A stretch of 64,000 nt of DNA from Lepidodermella squamata (Eukaryota; Animalia; Gastrotricha): positions 1,674,001-1,738,000 of the forward strand of contig JBLDXI010000007.1 in the NCBI GenBank assembly GCA_047495785.1. The letters run 5' to 3'. A program made the translations under genes and the position numbers. The notes below the pieces were generated by a model that was not told where the DNA came from, searched no databases, and saw nothing but the letters and a program-made list of their open reading frames with translations. Position 1 is the first letter of the stretch; every line of letters starts with the position of its first letter. Below are positions 25,240 to 36,929 of the stretch, one piece after another.

Positions 25240-25491
25240 AACGAATTTCGCCCAGGTTCGCCCAGGCCAAACGTGCTTCGACTAGGTTCGGCTAGCCAGT
25301 GCCAGAATGTTCGAACAGGCAAAAACAGCTTCGGCTAGGTTCGACCAAACTAAAAAAGCTGCGGCTAGGTTCGACCAAGCTATAAAAGCTTCGGCTAGGT
25401 TTGACCAAGCTAAAAAAGCTTCGGCTAGGTTCGACCAAGCTATAAAAGCTTCGGCTAGGTTTGACCAAGCTAAAAAAGCTTCGGCTAGGTT
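25240..25491. repeat. 30-bp minisatellite (about 8 units, consensus aaaaagcttcggctaggttcgaccaagcta)
   Basis: Direct tandem units, well conserved 25320-25491 and degenerate upstream. Confidence 0.9.
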
Positions 25492-26309
25492 ACGGATTCG
25501 AATATTTGAATATTATCCGGAATAGATAGCTCTGAGTATCCTCTTGCGAATGACGCCTAGAACTTGAAAAACTGCGAACAATATTTCAAATTATTCGGTG
25601 GCGTTTTCCCTTCGAAAATGTCCCACTTTTTGCAGGGCAGCAAATCACAGTGAAAAATTGGCAAATTAGCGATTTTCATGTCAGATTTTGCAAAATATTG
25701 CTATAAACATTCATTTGTCCTGAATTGGATCGCAGAGGTTCGACGCCCTGCGATAAATTGACTAACATTTCTGTTAAGGGTTTGAGATTTGAGGTCGAAA
25801 TATTGAGGATTGTGATTTATGATTTTTATTACATCACCCTAATTAAGTTCACTGTTAGCGTAACAATCGAACATCGCAACAATGACGACAACGCAATGAA
25901 CTGAAAATCTGCTCTTTGCTCCGTTTAATTTATCAAAATAGCAGTTTCATTACAACGTTCTTTTTCAAAACATTTGAGTTCGTTTTATCTCATTCAAATT
26001 ATTTCGAAAATTCTGCTTCATTAATGACTTTCGTGTTTGAATTTGTCAAAAACCAAGTGAAAAGATTTGGAGGCTATATCAAATCGACCCTTTCATTAAC
26101 CGCTTTTGTCGGCGTGGTTAGTTACCTCCAAGTTTTTTATCGACTCCGCAAGTTCTTTTCTAATCAATACCCCTTTGTTTGAGTTCCGAGATTTAGAAAT
26201 TTTTTGCATATTCCTGAATAACTGAGGCAATAATTTTTCATCATTATTTCAGGTAATTTTAAACTGGTTTTCTTTTGTTCAAAGATTTTTATTTGAATTG
26301 TTTACCAAC

Positions 26310-28329
26310 ATGGACACGATCAAGAACAAGGTGATTGAGAAAGCAACCGATGCCGTGACGGACAAGGCTAAGGAGAAGGTTCAGGAGAAGCTCGGCGACA
26401 AGAAAATCGAAGACCACGTTCCCGAATCGTTGAAATCATCCTACCAACATGTCAAGGCGATTGCAAAGGGCGAGGAAAGCATGATGCCGAACCTTGGCGA
26501 AAAGCTCGGCAGCATGGGCATTGGTTCAGGCGGGGGTGATAATGAACGGCCGCGGCTTGATCTGAAAACTTTCGGCTGGTCGATGCTGTTCGGAGGCGTT
26601 TCAGCAACCCTGGCTAAAACTCTGGTGGCACCTATTGAAATGATGAGCCCAACTCCGCATGAAACCAGCGTATCTACTCAGCAAGGTAAAACTCATTGGT
26701 AGCCCAAAAACATTATTTGGAAATGTGGAAATTTTCTCAATATGCATATGCAAATTAGCGTCGAAAATTATCGGATATATTTTAAAAATTGGGCGAAAAA
26801 TCAGGAAAATTTGGGGAAATTCACAAAATTTACAGGAAAATCTGGAACCACATTGCCCACCTTAATTCCAAATTTCAGATTTTAAGAGCAAAAGCTGATT
26901 TTTTTTCAAACTTGGGAGCTGTATTTTAAAAAATTCCAAATTTTAAGGCGGAATTTTAAAAAATATTTAAAATTTCACGTAATTTTGCTTTGAATTTTTT
27001 TTCAGGCTACATGACCTATTGGCGTGGCAATTTGTCGAATGTTGTGCGTGCTTTTCCGAACGAGGGTCTCAATTTCGCCCTTCGCGACTACTACAACGCA
27101 ATGTTGGGTCTGCGTGACATTGACGCCCGTCGTGAGCCATTCAAGTACTTTTGGACCAGCTATATGGGCGGCGGTGCTGCTGGTGTTGTCTCGCTAGCCG
27201 TTTTGTACCCGATCGATGCGGCTTATGGCTCACGTTTGCCGACTGATATCAGCAAAACGCTGACGCATGAACTTCACCTGAATGGAGGCCACGTCAAGGA
27301 CAGGTTCCCCAACAACAAAATCAGGATATTTGAATAAATTATATTACATTTAAAAAAATTTAAAAAAAATTAAAATCAAATTAAAAATGTTTCGAAGTTT
27401 TTCAAAAATAGTAACAAAAATTAAATTTGTAAAATGTGTCTTGAGCGGAATTTTCTCCAGATTCTTTACTCCAAGAAATTTATCAAGCTAATTAGTTTTT
27501 AGTTTTTTTAATTTTTAATGTTTTTTTAATTTTATGAGTTTTCTGAAATTCTTGAACAATTGAAATTCTTTAAATTTATTGAGATCGATTTTTCGGAATT
27601 CTTTGAAATTTTTGAATTTTTGATTATTTTGAATTTAGTATCAATTATGACATCGGTCGGATGAACAAAATCGACCCGGTTGAAGCTGGTCGCGATATGG
27701 TGAAGGCGGCTAAGAACGCTGGCAAGAACATGACTCAAACCGTCAAGGACACGGCCGGTCACATGGGCGAAAAAATGACCTACATGGGCGAGAAAGTGCG
27801 CGAGACGGCGCAAGAAGTCGGGTCAAAAGTTCGCGAAACCGCACAAGAAGTTGGGTCGAAAGTGCGCGAGGGTGAACTGCGCGGCGCCGCTCACAAGCTG
27901 TCCGAGGCCGCTGGCATACCGCAGCAGCCACCCGGCGGCGGCATGTTCGGCCTGTACCGCGGCTTTGTCCCATCTGTCATGGGCGCTTTCGTCTACCGAG
28001 CTGCTTATTTCGGCGCCTACGACACTGTTCGTGCGATGTACCCGGAAAAATCGTCGATCCTGTGGACGTGGCTCATTGCCCAGGCGACTACGACTGGCGC
28101 CAGCTATTTGTCTCACCCGTTTGATGTCATTCGTAACCGGATGATGTTTCACCGCGATGCTTATACTGGCACTATGAACTGTTGGGCTAAGACGTGGCAG
28201 CACGAGGGCATGTCGAGCCTGTACCGCGGCGCTTCGTCGAACATGGTCCGCAGCACTGGTGGCGCCTTGACCCTGGTGATCTACGACCAGATGAAGAATT
28301 ACGTGTCGAACAGCAAGAAAATGATTTAA
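26310..28329 (+). CDS. Mitochondrial carrier (SLC25), ADP/ATP translocase-like, with N-terminal extension and LEA-like loop insertion; 3 exons, about 454 aa
   Basis: Exons 26310-26685, 27006-27303 and 27639-28329 join in frame. ANT-like motifs GGVSATLAKTLVAPIE, YWRGNLSNVVRAFP..LNFA, GGAAG, LYRGF.PSV.G..VYRAAYFG.YDT, PFDVIRNRMM, YTGTMNCW, SNMVRSTGGALTLVIYD. The exon 2 donor (gttccc) is weak. Confidence 0.85.
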
Positions 28330-29714
28330 TCACAGGCAATCGATTTTCGGATGTGGATGACTGCATTTTTTTCATCAAATTTTTATCACTTCTTTTTTAA
28401 TATTGTACAAATGATTTTAGTTACGTGACGTAGAAATTTAGTATTACGGCCATTTCAACACAACGCTCAAATATTGCCAAAAAATATTTGTAAATACGAA
28501 ATTCATTTCACGAAATAAAATGGCTTTGTTTTACATCATGCCTTTGAAATATTATATGAATCGGGAAAATTCGTGCAAAACTTGATCGGCTTTGCAGAAC
28601 CTTTGTAACGCAAAAAACCATCGCAAGTTGCTGTCCAATATTTTTCAGTTTCATCAGTTTTTCGACTGGCATAGAATTCAAGGTAATTGGCGGTGATTGG
28701 GGCCATTTTTAGATTCCGGTAGGAATTGTTGTAGTAGCTTCGTTTCTACGCTTGTGGCCTGGCGATTTGTTTCGGCAACGGAACCGCACGATAGCCTGGT
28801 TCGGATTTTGAACGGTTAAAAAGCGACAAATAATATAAACCACTGATGTTCTCGAGATGCCCTACTGTAGCTCAGGAAAATTTTAAAAATATTGAAGAAG
28901 AATAGCTTTTGTTGAAAGTGTTGAATGTGCGCGATAGCTCGTTTTCCTCCTGATGATGATTTCCTTCTCTAGGTTTGCCTATAATGAATCATCAATATTC
29001 ACAATAGTTTAGACGCGTTTTATTTCCTGATGAGCTGTGGAATGATTTTATTAAGCTCGCAATTTTAGATGCATCCATCTAGTTCACTTGGACTGATTTC
29101 CGGCTCGAGGTAGTTATGAAATCGAAACTCGCACGCACTTTCGGACGTTATTTTTGAACATCACGACTGTATAGTTTGGGATGACCTTTGAGTTATTATA
29201 ATAAAGCAATGCGCACAACATGAATTTTGTGTCCCAGCGATAATTTGAGGCATAGGTATCTAATTTAAATTGTCTTCTCATTAAGTTTTAAGTTAAAGTA
29301 AAATATGAGTTTTATTGGCGAATCCTGGGTGAGCATCTCCAGCCCCAAACGTGGCTACGACGCGCCTCGTCCTTACTTTGTCGGTTGGTTCCACGACCTT
29401 CAAGCGAGGACGGTCGTCGAACGACTGCCATTCCCGATGGCCTATCTCATCGTCACAATCCTCGTCATTGCAACAAATGCCATCAACCTCGCGATTTATC
29501 GCAAACGGCAAGTTCGCAAAGACTTCTTTGTACTCACCTTACTCAGCGCTATTGTCTCGATCATCCACACATTGGCCCAAACTATCGCGATTTGGATACC
29601 GGTTTCGACAGGTTATTGGAACGCTCCGGCCTGGCTATGTGGCTTCATCTTCACTGTTTCAGCCAGTTCGGGCTGCCAGGGTACCTGGATTTTTATGCTT
29701 ATCAGCTACGAACG

Positions 29715-31249
29715 ATTCAGAGGTAGATCCGCACGGTATATTCGTACAGTGGAATTTTCCGCACGTATTATTTCCGCATAGAATAATGAGTGATGGGAAT
29801 TTTGCGCACGAGTTCAGATTAAATAAATCGCGGAATTTTCCGCATGAAAAGAAAAATCGCGGAAATTTCCGCATGGCGTTGGTGTTGCGTAATCGACAAA
29901 AAATTTGGAGCGGCAATTCCCGCACGCGACAAGCTTAACCCGTTGGTCACCGTATCATTCTTGTTAATTTCTCCCTTTTTATTTGATGAAATGGAGCTTA
30001 AGTGCGATATATGCAATGATGGAAAGACTTATGCTTCAGCTAGAGGTCTCGCTATTCACAAAGGTAAAGCGCATAAGCAACTACAACAGACGCCGGCGAG
30101 TCAACAATGTTAAGGCCTTCCCACAAACTCGTTTCTTTTTTTTCTCATGCGTATGCGAGTAAACACATACACATACAGCAAAAAGCATACAGCCCCCGTT
30201 CACAAACTGATTTCTTTTTTCCTTGTACGTGATTTTCTTCTGGCCGAAGAGGCCACTGAAAAAAGGGATGGCGGCACGTCGAATCGAACCCTCGACGACT
30301 TCGCACACATCGATAATTATATCGACATGGCTAAGCCGTCAAGCTTAATGTGTGACCTATAAATTAGGCTTTAAGGCAAAAAATTCATTGATGAAAACGT
30401 CAACAAACAAGTCGAAGATTAATGATTCATGCCCGCACTTGACCCAGAAAACGCGGATAGCTTTTATAGATATTAGCAACCAATAATTAGGCTTTTTATA
30501 GCGACAGATAAGTATGATGGCAACATAGTGCAGTTGCTATTGACCGGCCTGTTCAACGGGCGGACGGGGTTCGAGCCCCATCGAAGTTGGTCATTTTTTT
30601 CAGCGGCCTCTTCGGCCAGAAAAAAATCACATACAGGGAGAAAAGAAATCAGTTTGTGAACGGGTCTGTATGCGATTTTTTTTCGCCAACACATACGACC
30701 CCGGCAAAAAACTTAATACAAATCACATACACATTTTTTCATACGAGTTTGTGCGCAGACCTTAAGATCAGGCTATTATTTGATCTCGAGTCCCATTATA
30801 AATTCCACTTCTACAGCTATAGACGAGTCTTCCTCTTACACCGGCCGGTCATTTATCGCCTCCTCTTCAAATTTGTTACCCCCGGCACAGCCTGAAATGG
30901 AAAAGAAAAGAAGGAAAAGAAGCCGAAGCCTGAAACACTTATTCTCGATGAGGTCGATATTGACGCCACCAGCGCTTTTGCTGATATGAGGGACCGCTCA
31001 GATTGTGCTGATTAAAACTCGCATTTATTCTTTAATTTCTCGTGCGGAAAATTCCTCTCTAAAATAAAAGTTGTGCGGAAAATTCCACTCAAATTAATTT
31101 TGGGATTTCAATTTTGAATTTTGACTTCATGCGGAAAATTCCGCTCAATTTGAAAACTGATGCGGATAATTCCTATTTAAATCGTGCGGAAAGTTCCAGT
31201 CCAGATGCGGAAAATTCCACTAGCGCAATATACCTACGAACGTTTCACC
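29715..31249. mobile_element. Non-autonomous DNA transposon with 9-bp target duplication (Mutator-like, tentative)
   Basis: ctacgaacg at 29706-29714 and 31250-31258. Imperfect TIRs ggtatatt..agtggaattttccgca. Many subterminal gcggaa(a)attcc motifs. Internal C2H2 finger at 29991-30113. Confidence 0.75.
30114..30761. mobile_element. Nested TTAA-flanked MITE (GG..CC termini, Kolobok-like) with long internal inverted arms
   Basis: ttaa|ggccttcccacaaactcg ... cgagtttgtgcgcagacc|ttaa. About 30186-30265 is inverted relative to about 30594-30673. Confidence 0.75.
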
Positions 31250-32519
31250 CTACGAACGTAGGCTATGCCTGCTTTCCAACAGCCCAAACTCGCCGGCTAA
31301 TACGAAAAAGGTCCTGTTATTAGCGCTTGCTTCCCTAGTTCTAGGCGTTGTTACCTTTGGAACGCTAACAGTCTATCCGTTCAATGCACTGGCTGCTGAG
31401 TATGCGGCCGTTCCTGGGCTGAATAACGGTTCGGAGGCCTTGTACTGCGGAATGTTCGACTACAGCCTTGGTCCTCATATCGACACGTCCCTTCTTTCAA
31501 CAGTCTATTTCACAGTTTTAGCTGTCTTGATACCAAACACTTTGATCGCCCGAAACTACTGGTGAGAGTAATTTTATTTTTTGATCATCCCAACATTTAT
31601 TAATTAATTTTTTAAATTAATTCTAAAATTAATACAAACTATTTGAAAAAAAATCATAAATTTTAGTTAATTTCGAAATTAAATTGGAATATTTTGTTTT
31701 AGGATGATTTTTAGTAAGCTTCGATCGTTCAGCAAGTCCAGAAGAAGGGATAACACAGGCTCGATTTCCAGCAGTCAGCAATCGCTACCTGCGGTTTCAA
31801 ATAGCCTGTTGGCTAATTGGCAAAAGCGTGAAGTTTTCTACATGAAACAATCTTTACTGTCGTTTTTCGCATTTTCCCTATTTCATTTCCCCATTTTTGC
31901 ATCGCTGTTGCTTGTCGTGCTGTGGGACAGTGCTGGACCGGATCACCTGTCATCGACGCTGCATAAGCTGTGTCTGCTGACGTATACCCTCGAGACGGCA
32001 GTGGCGCCTGTTATACAGTGTTTGAGACCCGGATTCACGAACGACTTCAAGCGGTATTGGAGGGCTATTACTTGCAGGAAAAATCGCGACATAGCTCCAT
32101 TTCCTTGAAGACCTGGTCAACCATTTGTATTTTGAATCTAATTTCCATCCATAATTTGTAGATTTGATTTCATGTTTTTGATTTTGGGATCAGGATGTGA
32201 GAGGGAACGAAATTTGATTTTGATATTGATTTTAATAAAATCCCCAACACTGTTCGAGGGATGACGGTATGGAGTCGAGTTTCCTCTTCCAAATGGATGT
32301 AGCCTCGTGACAAAATTCCACGAACTGACGAAATGATGTGCAAAAAACTGTAGCCTAAATTTCTCGGAAACACCGTACTTGCAGCGTTTACTTTTGATCG
32401 ATACAGCCGGAATGACAGAGTTTCACGTTTCGCCCCTTTATAGATTTCACAAGACAGGATCTGCAATCTCTGCCAGAGCTATTTCCGCTGTTTCTTGTCA
32501 TGAGAGAGCTAAAACACTT

Positions 32520-33199
32520 GACAGTTGGCTTATTATTTCACATCTCATCCACCAAAGTTGTCATGCGACTCATCCTACTGGTCGGGCTAGTCGTACCTAA
32601 TTTTGCTAGTGGGAAGACGTACAACCTATCGCTTCTGGGGCTGATGTCATTGGACATATTTCGATGAGTATGGAAGGTTGCGCCCATTGTCCAAGACGGC
32701 GGTTCCAAATTTTACACAAATCGATTACAAAGCAGCGGAGGAATTGAGCTTTGCTTGGGTGCTGATTTTCACACTGGTTAACGCAGCACTCGTTGGATTT
32801 TGGTTACTTGGTGACCCTTTGAGGTGTGTCTACACTACCAAAGCGCCGGAATATGTCGAAGAGGAGGATTTAGTAATTGAAACTTCTTACTGGTTATGCG
32901 ATTCTGGTGCTAATCACCTGAACTGGCTGGCTTCTCTCCTAGCTCTCAATGTTTCTGTTTTGGTGATTGGATGCATCTTCACTTTGAGGTTGAAATTCAA
33001 CAGGAAGGCCACTGTTCCTGAGCTTAAGCCTATGTCTCTTGGTTTGGCTAATTTTGCGTTGATTTTCGTTTGCGGGGCTCTCATTGTTGCTGCTGTTGGC
33101 GAGATCGTTGCGCAGGAGATCACTATAGCTTTTGCTCTCCTGATTACTTCAGCTACAACATCTGCATCTTGGCTCTACCCACTCGCTGTTGAGATGTGA
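32520..33199 (+). pseudogene. Decayed class C (GABA-B-like) GPCR 7TM fragment
   Basis: TM4-TM7 pattern FWLLGDPL..YWLCDS..WL..L..VLVIGCIFT..VPELKPMSLGLANF..SWLYP. The upstream TM3 region has stops and frameshifts. No ectodomain seen. Confidence 0.55.
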
Positions 33200-33610
33200 A
33201 TTGCGCCATTCATGCTCTTAACCAACTCATGTAATGTTGTGCTGAGGAATCTGTTGTGGTTGTTTTCATGATCGTTCAAGACAATAAAAGTCGAGAACTT
33301 TCATGAGTAATTAGGTCATGTTTATTACACCATGGCTCGGAAGTGTTGAGTTCATTTTCATGATGAGTGTGAAGTGCGATGTTCAACTGCTCACTGAGCA
33401 ATAGGTAAATGGTAAATAAGTAAAAACGGCCTGGGTGAAGTGTTATTTACTATCATTGTATTGGGAATGTATTTCATGCAACGTAATAAAATTAATTCGC
33501 TTAATGAGAATCAGGTTACTAAGCATTTTTCAGTTTATCAAGTTACCTGATGGGCTGCATTAGCCTTTTTTATCCGCGATTTTCAGGAGGCATATTATTG
33601 CTTGCAGACT

Positions 33611-36600
33611 ATGCGTGGTTTCTCGATCTTGCCCTGTTTGATAGCATTTCTTATTGTCGGAAATTCTGTTTCTTTGGAGGAAACTGGTACCCATTTACCG
33701 AATGAGCCGAATGACGACGAGAACGAAAATTCAACCCAGTCGATCCCAGCTTGCATTCCGCCTGCTACAGAGAGCAAACCTCCATCACCCGAGCAACTCG
33801 TCCACGAACTCGAGCGGTCAATTCGAACGGAGGACAATGATTACTTTATAGAAATAATCTCGAAATTTCCAGATCTTGTAAAAGTAAGGAGTGATGGAAA
33901 CGGAGCACTGCTGCTTCACTCTGCCGCTGAATTTGGAAACTTGATAGCTCTTCGCGAATTATTGTCGTACAATGAAACCAAACTAAACCCATCAAATTGG
34001 TTAGGAGAAACTCCTTTGCATCTTGCTGCAAAAAATTGTCATTACGAAGTCGTGAGGGAGCTGATTTTAGAAATGGAGGAAAATCATGCCGATGATCTGA
34101 GTAGAATGGTCGAAACGAAGCCTAGATATCCATCTCAAACTGCGGTTATGTTCGCTGTGAAAAGCAAAAATTCGGAGGAGGACCAAATAAAAACATTGGA
34201 AGCACTGGTATCACTCGGAAATGCAACCCTGGAAACATGTGACAATCTTTTGCAATCGCCGGCTTTGGTCGCCCTGGAAAATGGACACTGGGATGTCCTA
34301 AAATGGCTATTGAAAAACCATCCTGGTCTGGCAAAATTCATCTGCCCCGGGGAACATGCCGACACCCTGGGTCATTATGTCGTAAAAACGGGTTCAATGG
34401 AATTTCTCGAGAAATTACCTGAATTTTTCGATTTGACAGCAACCGACCATTACGGCCAGAATCCACTCTGTAACGCTCATCTTATCGGAAATTCAACGAT
34501 TTTACGTAAAATTCTCGAATTTCCGAAAGCTGTTGACCTCCTAAATGAATCGAAATGCCGGTTATTCGGTAGATTGACCCACATTTCAGCTTCAGCACTG
34601 CATTTAGCAGCGATTTCTCGGAATACTGAAGCCGTTAAAATTTTCCTCGAATTAGGGGCAGATATCTCTTCACAAAACAGCTTGGGCGGCAATGTTTTGC
34701 ATTCGATGGCTATTCATGAAAGTAGTTTCAGAGCCGGGATGATTCAGTCGAGGCCTGAATTCGAAGACATGTTACTTCACGAGAGTGAACAGGAAACGGA
34801 GTCGAAAATTATGAAAATTATTCTTGAGAAGGATCCAAATCTTATAAACCAACCTGACTTCACCGGTAATGTCCCATTCCGTTGGGCTGAACTGGGAGTT
34901 TCAACAGACCCGACGACGATGATTGACGTTTTGGTTGCAAATGGTGCTAGAACCTCGGCTCTTGAAGTTAAAACTCGAGTTAGACACGAGATTTTCGAAG
35001 CAATAGACAAGTTGACAGATCAAGATCGACTGTGCGATATGGCCGAGATGAATCTGACAGTGGAAGATGAGTTCGGGCGAACCCCGTTATTTTACGCCAT
35101 TGACAAGGGCAATTTGATGGCTGTCAAACAAATAATCGCCGCTGATTGGACTTCAAATGTTGTCTTCGAAAGACCAGAAAAATTTAACTACACCCCGCTT
35201 CACCGAGCCATTGATGTTTACAAATGGGATATTGCAAGGTATTTGGCCTACAGATGGCCGGGTCTTATTTTGGAACGAGATGAGAACAATGAAACTGTCC
35301 TGCATTATGCCGTTTCTGGCCACGACGAGTCGATTTTCGAACAATTAATCGGTTTACTTGATTTCAATACGGCCAAGGAAGTGGCTATAAGTAATGTGAC
35401 TGGCGATTCACTTCTGTCCTTAGCAATCAAGTTCAACTGCCCTCAAAACGTTGAGGTTCTCATTTCAAAATTCGGCATCGATTCTTTTGAAGACCTATCG
35501 CCTAACGTGAGAATACCGCATGGAATATCTTCTATAATTTCCCGAGCGAAAGCCTGTTATAAAGAAGAAAGCTGCTCTTTGGACCACGTTGACGCCTTGA
35601 TCAGCTACATAATGCCGGTTAAGGAGTGGGAAAAGTTGCCACTCAACGCTACGATTCATATACGTTGTCAAGATGATCAAATTTTGATTAGTGGAGCTTC
35701 CGTTTCCACTTGTGTTAGAGATCCACGAAAATGTCCTACATGGCAACCAATTCCTGGTAAATGTGTTAAGGTAAGGCAAAAAATAACATGAAAAACAAGC
35801 CTTTGTTCAATTTAAACTCCAGGTTTTGACCGAGACAGAGCTACAGTATGCTCATGAGAGATTGAAAGATGCAGCTTACACTGGGAATCTTGCTGAATTC
35901 AGGACATTCTTTGAACAAATTCGGCTATCAATTGTCGCACTGGAAGAAGCTGGCGAAGCACTGGACCATACAATCCTCGGATCACTTGAATCAATCACTT
36001 CAGGCCACTCTGGGGAGATGTTAAGGATAGAAATCGCAAAGCTGTTGATATCCAATGGCGTATCGATTCGAGGCGATGATACTTTTTCGCCTATTCGATC
36101 AGCAATGTGGAGCAAAAACTACGAATTGGTCAAGTTTCTTGTGAAAAATGGTGTCGACGTGAATGAGGATTTCGAAACCGTTCCAATCGCTGATGTTGAT
36201 ATTCTCAAATATCTTATCGATAATGGGGTTGATTTTTCGAATCGAAAGGCCTTTGAAACGCAGCTTTCATCCGGACAGTTAGATGCGGTAAAATACTTCG
36301 TGAAACGGGGAATTCATCACATCCGCGATTCCGATCTTGAAAAGGCTGTTACCGCTAGACCAAATGGTTTGAATGCGCTAATTTTAGAATACCTGCTCGA
36401 TCAAGGAGCTAACGTAACTTGGCGTAATGAAGCTGGCGTTCCCTTATCAATTTTGGCAGTCAATGAGAGAAGAGATCTGAGGATTTTCCAACTATTATCA
36501 AAACGTGGCGTGGATCTTGCCAACGAAACAGATGCTAGCAACAAAGACTTACTAACTTACGCCGTGATAGAGGGTAGATCAGACTTGGTTCGGTATCTTA

Positions 36601-36929
36601 TCGATATGGGAGCTAGCGTTAGTCATTCAGACGATTCTGGTATGACACCACTGATTCATGCAGCTATTCGAAACAATCGTTACATCGCGAACATGTTGAT
36701 AAAGGAAGGTGCAAGCATTAACCACAGAAATGTGGAGAGCGACTCCGCTCTTAAAATAGCTGCTCGAGATGGGAATCTGGAAATGGTTAGGCTACTTTTG
36801 GATAATGGTGCCTCTGACTTGGATGAGGCTGTTAAGATAGCGAACCAGCATCAGCATCGTTTTACAGTCAAACTTCTCTTACAAAGGGGTGCAACTATAG
36901 AGGATACGAGTGTTGAATACCTCTGGTGA
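33611..36929 (+). CDS. Signal-peptide ankyrin-repeat protein with central sushi/CCP-like module; 2 exons, about 1088 aa
   Basis: Signal peptide MRGFSILPCLIAFLIVGNSVS. Many ankyrin motifs (GETPLHLAA, GRTPLFYA, GMTPLIHAA). CCP-like C..RC..TC..W..C pattern. Intron 35771-35822. Confidence 0.85.

Larger units (their letters stand above)
29305..32108 (+). pseudogene. 7TM receptor family copy 10, interrupted by a 1.5-kb insertion at the SYER/RLCL motif
   Basis: Removing 29715-31258 restores ISYERRLCLLSNSPNSPANTKKV. Intron 31562-31702, last exon intact. Confidence 0.85.

Noticed and set aside
25240-25491. CRISPR-like array, or the 72-aa ARFDQAKKAS ORF as a gene
   Set aside because: Units are contiguous with no unique spacers, the context is eukaryotic, and the ORF is simply a product of the 30-bp period.
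30269-30593. Functional tRNA genes
   Set aside because: Stems pair too poorly for a canonical cloverleaf. Reported only as tRNA-like units within a MITE.
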